From: Octopus bimaculoides
Lineage: Eukaryota
Direction: 5' to 3'
Length of the DNA: 64,000 nucleotides
NCBI RefSeq assembly: GCF_001194135.2
Contig: NC_069001.1
Span: forward strand, 3,431,966 to 3,495,965
The notes under the pieces are model-generated. The model was not told the DNA's origin, ran no database searches, and saw only the letters and a program-made list of their open reading frames with translations. This document shows, one piece after another, positions 53,124 to 64,000 of this stretch. The translations under genes and the position numbers were made by a program. The number at the start of each line of letters is the position of its first letter. The first letter of the stretch is position 1.

Positions 53124-53124
<1 letters not shown>

Positions 53125-53760
53125 TCTTTTTCTTTTTAAATCAATATGTTGTTTGAAGAAAATTTCAAAATGGAAACTGCTCATTGTTTTGTTCTTTAAG
53201 TGATATTTTATTCAAAGGTAAAATTTACAAGGCCATTTCCATCCAATATTGAAATTTTATAGTCAGATCTTTTGAAAACAGTCAAGTATAGAAAATAATT
53301 CTAGAGTTCTTCTTTTAACTCTTAAAAAGACTATTGCTGTATATTATGCAAAAATCATACAATATGTAATTTTAAAAAAAAAATGTGATAGTGGTTTATG
53401 TGTATATCTTTGATGCCTCAAAGCCACTTATCTTTGCTTTAACTCATTTCTTCACATATTTACAGATTTAATACAACAAATTATAATTTTTTTTCCATTT
53501 TTAAATCTATAATGTGGCTTAATAGCAGGTTTTGGACCAAAGACAAGAAACTTTGATCTGTTGATATATAAGGATGATTTTATGGCACTTCAATTCATTG
53601 ATTACTATGACACGGCTTCATTAAAGTTTACTTTTATAAAAAGAACTAAAGGTTTATTGTTTATCAACTCACAAGCTATCCAGCAAAATGCTACTCCATA
53701 TTTTCAACTTTATTAAACCAAATACCCACATCTGATATTATTAATTACCATAAGATAGAT

Positions 53761-54509
53761 TATAAGAACGTAATGAAAAATAAAATCACATTGCTTCAGG
53801 TAATTGATGTCAAATCATTTAGGTTAAACTTTGCCAAAACAAGCAAATCTTAACTGCTGTAATTACAGTAAATGGCTTTTAAAGCTTTGTTGCAGCTACC
53901 ATGATTGGTGGGGTTAGCTTTGATTCTAATGACATTACTTTTAAGACTGTTGTTGCTTCTTGCAAGGTTGCCATGAGACTGAAGTTTATTCTGACTTAAC
54001 CTCCTTTCATGGCAAACCTCCTTATCAGAGTTAACCCTAGTCTCATCTAATCCTATGAGAGTTAACTGCAATTTCATGGTAACCCCACTACAATTAATTA
54101 ATCTCATGGCAACTCCCAGCAGAGTTAACCTCAATTTCATGGTTAACCCAGCAGAGTTAACCTCAGTTTCATGGTTAACCCAGCAAAGTTAACCACAACC
54201 TCCTGTTAACTCCACCAGAGTTAATCACAATTTCATGGTAATCTCAACTTACCCTAAGTCTCATGGCAACCTCAACAGAGTTAGCTGTAATCTTATGGTA
54301 GCCTCACTAGAAACAACTTCAATTTTAAAGATGAAGACACCAGAATCAAAGCTAACCTCATCAATGACGGTAGCAACAACAGAGTTTTAAAAGCCATTTA
54401 CTGCGATTACAGCAGTTACAATTTGCTTGTTTTGGCAAAGTTTAACCCAAATGATTAGACATCAATTACCTGAAGCAATGTGATTTTTATCTTTCAGTAT
54501 GTTCTTATA
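53761..54509. mobile_element. Foldback-like element: ~230 bp imperfect inverted arms enclosing a ~30 bp tandem array
   Basis: 53761-53990 is the reverse complement of ~54260-54509; for example ttgcttcaggtaattgatgtc...ctttgccaaaacaagcaaat pairs with atttgcttgttttggcaaag...gacatcaattacctgaagcaa. The centre carries repeats such as cagcagagttaacctcaatttcatggttaacc. Confidence 0.75.
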
Positions 54510-54895
54510 GTTATTAATACTGTTTTTGAAAATAGCTTTTGGCCCAGGTGTGAACAAACCAATTATAGATACTTAATCCTTCACAAGCCCACTTTTCTTT
54601 CTTTCATTTCAGACTCTTTCTTTTGGCTACAATCCCAGATGAAAAGGGGCCATAAATGTAATTTGAACAGTAAATTTGAGTTAAATGGAGTTTACTGATA
54701 CATGCTATACAATTTATGGTTTTAAATGTATCAAATTTATGTCACTCTGTTGCTATCATTCCAACTGGATGACAATGATAATGGTTAAAACTGATGATTT
54801 TATTCTAGGGTTTATTGCAAAATATACCAGAATTTCTTTACATTTTTATATTTGATTAGATAAAAACCATAATATATCTATATGTGTATGTGAGC

Positions 54896-54897
<2 letters not shown>

Positions 54898-54976
<79 letters not shown>

Positions 54977-55005
54977 TATATATATATAGATATATATATA
55001 TATAT
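54898..55005. repeat. (AT)n microsatellite (~105 bp)
   Basis: Seen directly. It is one of many (AT)n, (CA)n, (GA)n, (AAT)n, (GAT)n and (AGAT)n tracts in the window. Confidence 0.95.
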
Positions 55006-55029
55006 TGCAAAACTTTAATTCACAGAAAG

Positions 55030-55232
55030 ACACCACCACCAACATTAGCTACTTATATCAAGAGAGGAATACCTGCTAAATTTCCCTCATATAATACTCT
55101 GCTGTCTTAGTGAAATGAAGGACAAAGATATTGTAGTCCAAGATACTTTTATAAAAAAACAGGATAGTCACGGCTGGAATGTCTTGACCATGGGTCTTCT
55201 CAATTAGGGCTGACGCAAGGTTAAACAACAAA
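55030..55232 (+). mobile_element. Interspersed repeat family D
   Basis: gtcacggctggaatgtcttgaccatgggtc...agggctgacgcaaggttaaacaacaa. Confidence 0.6.
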
Positions 55233-55392
55233 TTATATTTATGATAAAAACAACTGAGTCGGATTCTAAACTGCTCGTTTTAGATATCTAAGTTACTATT
55301 ATGAATTAAGTTGGATAGCTGGATATTCTACAATATTTACTCTTCCAGCAACATGTGTTTGTTTGAGTGTGTGTGCACATGGGAACATGATA

Positions 55393-55555
55393 GATTACAT
55401 CGACCCAAATATTCAACTGGTACTTATTTTATTGACCATCGAAAGGATGAAAGGCAAAGTCAACCTCAGCGGAATTTGAACTCAGAATATACCACCAGGT
55501 GAAATACTACTATGCATTTCATCCAGCATTCTAACAATTCTGCCAACTTGCTGCC

Positions 55556-55599
<44 letters not shown>

Positions 55600-55812
55600 G
55601 GTTTCAAATTTTGGTACAAGATCAACAACTCCAGGGGAGGGGATAAGTCAATTACATTGACCCCAGTACTTGATTGGTACTTATTTTACCAAACCCAAAA
55701 GGATGAAAGGCAAAGTCAACCTTGGTAGAATTTGAACTCACAATGTAAAGATGGATAAAATACTGGTAAGTGGTTTATCCAGTATGCCACGTTAATAATA
55801 ATAATAATAATC
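55393..55812 (-). mobile_element. Two head-to-tail copies of SINE family C with (AAT)n spacers
   Basis: Copies at about 55393-55557 and 55599-55792, with (AAT)n at 55558-55598 and 55793-55812. Confidence 0.75.
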
Positions 55813-56734
55813 TGATAATAATATAACAACCCACACAAATTATACTCAATGCAATCACCACCTGACACTAAAACATATTACACAACCCACACATCACATA
55901 TTTTATTCAATCACCATCTGACACCAAAACACAACTCACATTGCACATATTCTACGCAACAAACAGACAAAACACTGAAATAACACCATGAACAATTCTA
56001 CAACCCCTAAAGACAATGCTGCACACACCTCAGAAACAAGGAAGTGCACCTGATGATTCAGAAGAAACTCACATGAAAATGTTGAAAACACAATAATAAT
56101 AACTGCCACAATAACAAAGGAAGAAGAGAAAAAGGAGGAAGAGAGGGAGGCGGGGGAGGAGGAAAAGAAAACCTAGTTAATCCCACATGAAAGAAGATAG
56201 TGATTGACAAATTAAAATAATAAGAATAATAATTAGGTTCTTTAAACCATTATGCTGTGGAATGAGGAAGGGGAGAAGTGTATGATAGCAAGGAGAAAAA
56301 AGTACAAAAAAAAAGAAAGGACAAGAAAAAGAAAAAGATACAGAAAAAATACTGAAGGAACCAATATGAAAAAGACACACTGACATATACAAACACATAC
56401 ACACACAAGTGTAGATATACACACAATTCAACATATAGCTAATTCTTTTTCTTACAAACACAAACACAGTTATACTCATACACATACACACACCTAACCA
56501 CACAATTATACATTCTATTCATTTATTTATTTATTTGTTTAGTACTACAATTGGTGAACAACAGTACCATTGATTACAGGTTTCAAATGGGTGAATCACT
56601 GATTCACAGCATTTATGATGGTGACAGCGGCAAGAGAGTGCCTATAACTTGGTGCAAAGCTATGTTAGAATTCACTTCCCATGAAGTGTTTGAAAAATCA
56701 CTAGATTCTGTAGCAATATTTGCATCCTTTAAAA

Positions 56735-56850
56735 CATTGAGTTGGCAGAATTGCTAGCACACCAGACAAAATGCTTAGTGGAATTTCATGTCTTTATGTT
56801 CTGAGTTCAAATTTTGCTGAGGTTGACTTTGCCTTTCATCCTTTTGAGGT
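56735..56850 (+). mobile_element. SINE family C 5' part
   Basis: gttggcagaattgctagcacaccagacaaaatgcttagtggaatttc...gttctgagttcaaattttgctgaggttgactttgcctttcatcc. Confidence 0.7.
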
Positions 56851-56859
56851 TGACAGCAC

Positions 56860-57055
56860 TATAGTTATGTTTTGGAACTGGGTACTATAGTACTACACTA
56901 CTATGTTCTGACACTGGTCAATACAGTACTATACTATGTTTTGAAACTAGACACCACAGTTCTATACAATATACTGGTAGAAGTCAAGTCACTTCAGCAC
57001 TACATCATATTCTGGAACAATACAGCACCATACTAACTTTTGATAGTGCTATACA
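56860..57055. repeat. Degenerate ~34 bp tandem repeat
   Basis: The motif actatgtt[ct]tg.aact...acagtactat recurs. Confidence 0.5.
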
Positions 57056-57143
57056 CAGGGGCCATGTGGAAGTAATGTTGACACACATGGGAGTGCATGT
57101 GAAGGTACATTTCACATTAGCTAAAAATAGGTATCATATAGAG

Positions 57144-57403
57144 CAGTGTTTCTTAACCAGGTCCATATGGCCCTTAGGGGTTCATATAAAATCTTGTTAT
57201 TAAAATTTAAAATTTACATACAATAAATTGCTTATAGTTTGTAATACACAAAATATAAACATTTTTTTATACAATTACTAGTAATATTCAATTACGAAAA
57301 TACAGTAGGATTTTTTTTTAAACATCAAATGGCTATGGCAATCCAGTAGAGTAAAATAGGAATAAAAGAGAGCCATAGGCTAAAAATGGTTGAGAACCAG
57401 CTG
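57144..57403. mobile_element. hAT (Charlie-like) MITE (~260 bp)
   Basis: The termini cagtgtttcttaacc and ggttgagaaccagctg are imperfect inverted repeats of the CAGTGGTTCTCAACC type. The flanking 8-mers atatagag and aaatagaa (offset by 1 nt) look like a decayed NTNTAGAN target duplication. Confidence 0.65.
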
Positions 57404-57719
57404 AAAATAGAAACCATGATGTAGTATAGTTCATATTGTTTGAAAATATCTATCATGTGGTGACAGAGATAGAGTTTGATATAGTGACCTTCTAGAGACA
57501 CAACTCACAGCTTTTAATAAGTATCATTAACAGTATAGACTGCATAACTGGAAAGGAACCAAAGACAATTCATTTGAAGTCCATTGCTATAAGCAGTAAG
57601 AGCACTATGCAATCAATTAATGTTCTATCGTCTTAGGTTACAGTGCAAATGGTTAAATCTTGCAAAACATATATCTGAACTCAGAAACAATCAAACATCT
57701 GACTGACTGGCCCAATATC

Positions 57720-58160
57720 ATGCTTGAGTGTGAGTGCAAATACATACTAATTTAGTGAGTGAGTAATACATGAGGGGGAGGGAAAATATTGGTTGATTAA
57801 GTGAGTAATACCTGAGTGTAAGGGCAAATAAACATTGATTAACACTTGAGGGTGAAAGCAAATATATACTGAATGAGATGTTGGGAAGGGCAAATAAATA
57901 TGGATTGGTTGAGTGACACATGATTATGAGGGGAAAAAAAGATTGAGTGACACTTGAAGGTGAGAATAAATAATTAAATTGATTGAGAGATTCTTGAGTT
58001 TGAGAGATTCTTGAGTATGAGAGCAAATAGATATTGACTGAATGTGTGAGTGATACATGAGCATGAAGGCTAATAAATAGAAATTAAATGAGTGATATTT
58101 TAGTGAGTAGAAATAATGCTGAGTGACACTTTAGTGTGAGGGTAAATGAATATTGATTCA
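57720..58160. repeat. Highly degenerate ~40 bp tandem repeat
   Basis: The motif gagtgacacttgag.gtgagggcaaataaata.tg recurs. Confidence 0.6.
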
Positions 58161-58570
58161 TTGATTGATTGGTTGTACTCAAATGGACAAATATCACAAA
58201 AACAGATACCCAATAGAAAGATGAAAGGTGGAAATGGGGTCGGGTGAGGTGAGCGTTTCTATAAAGTAATAAGAGACACAGTTAATAGAGTACAGCTTCT
58301 CTATCAATTAAGAGTAAAAAATATATATATCCATCATCAAGAATTCACTCTTTTTTTTTTTTAGAAGAGGGGGGAGTAGTTTGTCTTTTTTTTTTTTTAA
58401 TTTACATTTATTATATTCCTTTTAAAAGTGATTTCACTTCTTTTTTTTTTCTGTATTTTTCTAATTTTAAAAGCAAAAAAAAAGTTAATAACTAATGTAA
58501 ATTGTATTGCATGTTGTTGGTTATTACTTAAATTTTTTTTAATGAAGGTAATCTAGTTCAGATAATACAT

Positions 58571-58623
<53 letters not shown>

Positions 58624-60092
58624 ATATATACGTATATATTCTTAATAACTGTTTCACAGGTTTTAGTTATTGGACTTCAGCTATTCTGGCTGGTCATAAT
58701 GAACCAAGTACTTATTTATGTCTGATACATAATTTATCAATATATATTTTGTTGATTGGCTGAGACCATTTTTTAACCTTACATAGACATAGTATACATT
58801 TACAAGTCAACCAACATTAAAGAGAGAGAAAGAGAATGGGTGTATGAGAGAGTGTAAAATAGTGAGAAAGAGAGAGAAGAGAGAGATGTTCTGGTCATGA
58901 CTACCTCGTCATTTTCTTATGTACAGGTTACCCAAGATTACATCATCCAACATAACTATTATAAGGTGGTAGAGTGTGAAATAATGATTTGGTTGCTGCT
59001 TCTAGCAAACTGAGAATGATTTGCTCATAGAATTGTTCCTTCAAACAAAAGCAACAACCTATTAGAAGCTACAGATGACTGAACATGAAACTAACGCACA
59101 GATACACACACAAGCATACTTGCATGCAAACAGACGTGCACATGTGCTCACAGCTGTCTTTCACTAACTTCCTCTGTGTGTTTTCATCACAGTATATATA
59201 TAAAGCAATGTAATATAGATAGGTAGGTAAATAGATAAACAAAAATGTGTAGACATGCATACACATTGCCATATATCTATGGGTGGCTTTCTGTTCTTTT
59301 TCTGCGTGTGCAGGTGTTTCATTGCATTTCTATCAATTATTCATTAGTATGGTGTGGAGTGGGTGACTGATCTTTTTTCTTTTTTTTCACTTGTTGAGTC
59401 CAGTAGAAGAAGTGGCCATGACCTTTGCAACCCCTCCGAGACCAGTGAGATTGATGCTATTAATACACTGTTTAAATTGTTGCAGGTCAACACTGGCTGG
59501 GAAAAGGTGAGCAAAGATATAAACACACAAAGCTGATACTCAAATAACGATTGTGAATTTTCAGTGTCAAAATTATATTTTTAGTACCATATCCTTAAGT
59601 GTGTATTTCCTATGTATGTATACACACATATATGTTTGTAGGTATTATGTAAGTTTGTATATACATATAATGTATATATAAGGTATTTGGATTCTGCCAT
59701 AGAGGAAGCCGATGTTCAATTTACGTGTTTGCTGACTACTGTTTTGGTGTCTCGCTTGTTTATAATCAGGAGTCGAACTGTATGAATGTGGTGTAGAGCA
59801 TTAAGTTGACAAAACTTTTAGAATAGGTTATAAGTTATTTATTAAGATTTGAAATGGTACCATTTGCTATGGCTGGATATCCATCTTGTTGTTAACCCTT
59901 ATCTGTTTTTCCAAGGGATCTCTTATTCCACATGACTTGGAAGTTGCAAAGCCAGTAGAAGACTTGGTGACAGGGGAAATGTCAAAAATGTCACCATTTA
60001 TCACTCAGCGTTTTTAGAGAAGTGCAAATGTAAACAAACAGACACATATGTGCACACATACATGTGTGTATGTGTGTATACACACATATGAT

Positions 60093-60246
60093 GGGCTACT
60101 TTCAATTTCTGTCTACCATATCCATTTACAAAGCTTTGATCAGTCTGGGGCTGTAGTAGAAGACACTTGCTGAAGGTGCCATGCAGTAGAATTGAACTTG
60201 AAACTACATGATAAAGAAACAAACTTCTTAACTACAAAGCCATGCC

Positions 60247-60248
<2 letters not shown>
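60093..60248 (-). mobile_element. SINE family A head and CORE region
   Basis: The reverse complement aligns with 26461-26615. Confidence 0.7.
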
Positions 60249-60309
<61 letters not shown>

Positions 60310-61785
60310 TCATTGTATAGATGGCTATATTATATGTATGTGTGTATGTATATGTATATATATATATATGCATGTATGTTTAATAGAATATATTTACCAT
60401 TAAAAAATATTGTAATTTTAATTACAAGCTCATTAGACTTTTAAAAACAAGATCTAATTTAAATTAACTAAATTGATTGATTTTGTAAAAATGTGAAAAT
60501 AAAAAAAGTACAAATTGAAAGATTTTAAGAATAATTCTTTTATCAGAAGTATAAAAGACACGGGAACAATGGGTGTAGAAAATATATCTGAATCTAATAG
60601 TAATCTTTTGAGTTCAATCTTTGTGTAATGCACTGATTAGTGTCCTGAGAAAAGTTACATTAATCTGCTTAGCCCTGGAGGAAGTTATTAAAGTAATTTC
60701 CACTCTCAGTTAACAGTAAAAAGATTAGAAGACAGAGCTTTATGTTTTTGTTTTCTATGATAGCTAGTTATAATTAACTGAAGTTCAATTTGAATTCAGC
60801 AGTTTACCAGCAATGAATTTTGGGAGTGGAAGGATCAGGACAAATGTTTAGTACCAAAACCCAGTTGAATCCAAAGAAATTAGTAATTATAAATTAGTAA
60901 TTCACAAATGCATTAAATTGGTTTTGTGCAAGGAAGAATGAAAGTCTAACAGAGCCCTTCAGTGAAGAGTTACGTTTTCTGACATAACTGATGCTAATTA
61001 TTTGGTACCCTCAAAAAAAACCTTCCCCCCTCTTGCCCTCTGATGAAAAGTTCTGTCCAAAACATTAGCTTTTACTATTCTTTACCTCCATGTATCAGGA
61101 TTGATACATGGAGGCAAACAAGAAAAGCACATTGGTCAATTTAGGTCCTGAGCACTCTGTGTGGATACAGACAAAATGGCTTCATCAAACAAAGAAGTAC
61201 AGCACTTGTGGGCTTTTTTTTGAAGCGTCTTCAAGACTTGCAGGAGAAAAGGAGAAAGATCTTAACCTCAGACAAAAGACCTGGTTTTCAAATGAAAACT
61301 TACAGCAGAAGTACCCAAGGTAGTGATATAAACTAATCTACTGGATCAGAGCTGACCTGGGGCTAAACACCAGCAACCACAACATATCAATCAACTGTAT
61401 AAAAAACAAAGTATTGAAAGAGGGAATACTATCCCGAGTGTCATCATCCACTTCACATGACTCTTTTGACCATCTGAGAGAGTTGCAATAGACAGAAACT
61501 AAAGGAGCCTAATCTATGAAACAGATTTGTTAATTTCAATAAATATTCATTTGGTTAATTAATATTAAAAGATAACTTCCTGTTGTAAAACCTTGATTGA
61601 GTCACAAAACTTTTATCAATTCCACTGAGTTGCTGTTAATTACAATAAGTTCTCCTAACTGTGGTGCCATACTTAGATCTATCCTTTATCCCATCTTCCA
61701 TTGTATTATCTACTTACTGCTGTGATCATCCTATCTTTTATTTCAACCATCATCATCTGTCTTTTTTCAAATTCAGTATATCCAG

Positions 61786-61787
<2 letters not shown>

Positions 61788-61846
<59 letters not shown>

Positions 61847-61855
61847 GAGAGAGAC

Positions 61856-61890
<35 letters not shown>

Positions 61891-61913
61891 CAGACAGAGA
61901 GAGAGACAGACAG

Positions 61914-61950
<37 letters not shown>
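61788..61950. repeat. (GA)n/(GAGACA)n/(GT)n compound microsatellite
   Basis: Seen directly. Confidence 0.95.
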
Positions 61951-61954
<4 letters not shown>

Positions 61955-62439
61955 TTTAAGACAGTAGGGTGTGATTTAGAGAGGATAAGATGACTTATAT
62001 TTCTAGTAGTCATATTTCAGACATATGACCAAATGAGTAACCCAGTTAGTGACTCCATCATTAGTTTATTGTACAGTTGTTTTTGTTGCTAAGGGTCATA
62101 AGATATTAAACCCATGATTAACCTATCCTTCTCATAGGCATTTTGCATCTAGGAAATGTGTTCTTTCTTTTTCCAAAGCATTTAGTTGTAATTTGAGGGA
62201 GATTTGGATATTATTTCCAACAGATCAAGTGACCACATTGAGTGTCCTACCTGTAGTTGTTGTAGTGTCTGGACTAACAACTAATGAGTGTCCACACACC
62301 TCACATATAAACAGTCTTCAGGGAACATTAAATTGTGCAACTTGTTTTATTTACTTCACTGTTTTTAATTATATTTGTTCTTGTTAGCAAAGAATGTAAT
62401 TTACTAATGTGTCTAGGATAAGTGGATAGGGGTGTTGTG

Positions 62440-62690
62440 ATGAGGACAACTGTGGGATATAGGGAAGAAAGAAGAAAAAAAGAATGAAAGTGGATAGTAA
62501 GAGAAAGGAAGTGGAAGGCAAAGAAGAAGCAGAAAGATGAAAGAAAGAGAAAGGAAAAAAAGAAACAGAGGAAGGAAAGAGACGAAGAATGAAAGAAGAC
62601 AAATGAAGATGAAGATGAAGAACGAAGAAGAATGAAAGATGTTGAATAAAAACAAAAGATTTGAAAAATAAAAAAAAAAGTGTTAAGTGA
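62440..62690. repeat. Purine-rich (A/G) low-complexity tract
   Basis: About 250 bp of gaa/aag-rich sequence; it accounts for the F/L/S-rich minus-strand ORFs. Confidence 0.8.
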
Positions 62691-62960
62691 AGTGAAATAA
62701 CATCAACTAGGAATTGAAACCAGCTCACTGCCTTGATTTTGCTGTTAGCTAATCTCTCTAATTCTGCCTTAATTGTTGGGATTCATTAATATAGAAACAT
62801 GACTTCATTAGAAATAAAATGCCTTCAGTCAGGTGTCCTTTGTTGTTTAAATGACAATATGAAAGAGACTTCTTCAAATATTTTTTTAATGTCTCTGTAC
62901 TAAAAGGAATTGTTTTGTTTTGTGAACAAAAGAGTCATTGGTTACAGGTATGAATAGGTT

Positions 62961-63170
62961 GTGGAGGCACATTGCTTAATGATTAAGGTGTTGCACTCAT
63001 GATCATAAGATTGTGATTTCGATTCCTGGATTTAGTGATGCATTGTGTTCTTAAGCAAAACACTTCATTTCACACTGTTCCAGTTCACTCAGCTGGTATA
63101 AATGAGTAATCCTGTGATGGACTGGCGTTCTGTCCAGAGAGGAAATATATACACCACAGAATCCAGTATG
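62961..63170 (+). mobile_element. SINE family B
   Basis: tgcttaatgattaaggtgttgcactcatgatc...ttcgattcctgg...tgtgttcttaagcaaaacacttcatttcac...cactcagctgg. Confidence 0.7.
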
Positions 63171-64000
63171 AAATGAGATAGATGGAAACAGTTTTGACAG
63201 TGAGTTGGATAGACTGTTGTCCATTCAACCATCTGGACTTTGGAGGGCTTTAACAGAGTCCACTCAATTGCAAGCATTCACACCAGGTCTCCAGTCAGTG
63301 TATGACTCATGAGTTCTAGATTCTTCCTCTCATGTTTCTAGTCTTGGAAATTCTGAATAAAGGTCATAGCACTGCCCTTCTTCTATGAATGAAATATTGA
63401 AAAAACTGTTTTAAAGAGTTTATAAGCAAGCATTAATTAAGTAAAAGGGTTGATATAATCCAATGAACCCATCTCTCAAAATGTCTAACCTCCAATGCTA
63501 ATATTATAAATTATTATTATTGAGGCTATTAATATTAGACTAAATCTTATATGACATTTAGTTACATCCCATTAAATTTTCAGTAAGGATGAAATTTAAT
63601 CAAATATATTTCTTCCTTATAAATATGTGGCCTTGTATAAAAAAAAATAATCATCATCAATATCATTGTCAAAATAGTAGAATGATAGAAAGGCAGTGAA
63701 TTGGCATAAAGAGTAGAGCACTGAATTAAGTGGCTTTCAGTGGTTGTTGTATGATTTTGTGTTTTTTATGACTTAGTCAGAGGAATGGTACTGTTCATGA
63801 CCTTTTCCAGAGCCTCCAAGACTGGTGAAAGACCTGGCCTTTAATGTTTGTGACAGAATGAACTCTGCTAAATTCACTCAGCAGCAAGTTTTGTCCATTT
63901 TTATACTGAATTTAAATCCCACTGAGGTTAGTTTTTACCTTTCATCCATCCTGAGTTATTAAAACAAGTACCACTCAAAAACTACAGATGATTCAATCAA

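Noticed and set aside
51058-64000. Expected upstream SCAI exons (YGLKRWQIGEIASKIGQLYYHY and further 5')
   Set aside because: I scanned the minus strand for the W-Q codon context and found only repeat-derived hits, so these exons and the promoter are taken to lie beyond the right edge.

Overview
AT-rich, microsatellite-dense animal genomic DNA with seven N gaps (194-313, 16687-16724, 18920-19398, 20114-20123, 39386-39395, 46573-46629, 48414-48545). The SINE repertoire suggests an octopod cephalopod; this is an inference from recalled repeat sequences, not a database hit. The only protein-coding gene I can support is a SCAI (suppressor of cancer cell invasion) orthologue on the minus strand. 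Eight internal GT-AG exons (51057 down to 502; 931 nt) splice in frame into about 310 aa. Both gene ends lie outside the window, and one intron (12803-50958) spans 38.2 kb. The rest is intronic: several SINE-like families, piggyBac- and hAT-type MITEs, a decayed Tc1/mariner transposase, a ~750 bp foldback element, degenerate minisatellites and microsatellites. The best lead is a candidate 15-nt in-frame SCAI microexon at 19843-19857. It has a long AG-free pyrimidine tract, three upstream UGC motifs, a CAG|GTAAG donor and a UGCAUG at +12, matching the architecture of eMIC/SRRM- and Rbfox-regulated neural microexons. Repeat boundaries are approximate, and all homology statements come from recalled sequences and need confirming by search.
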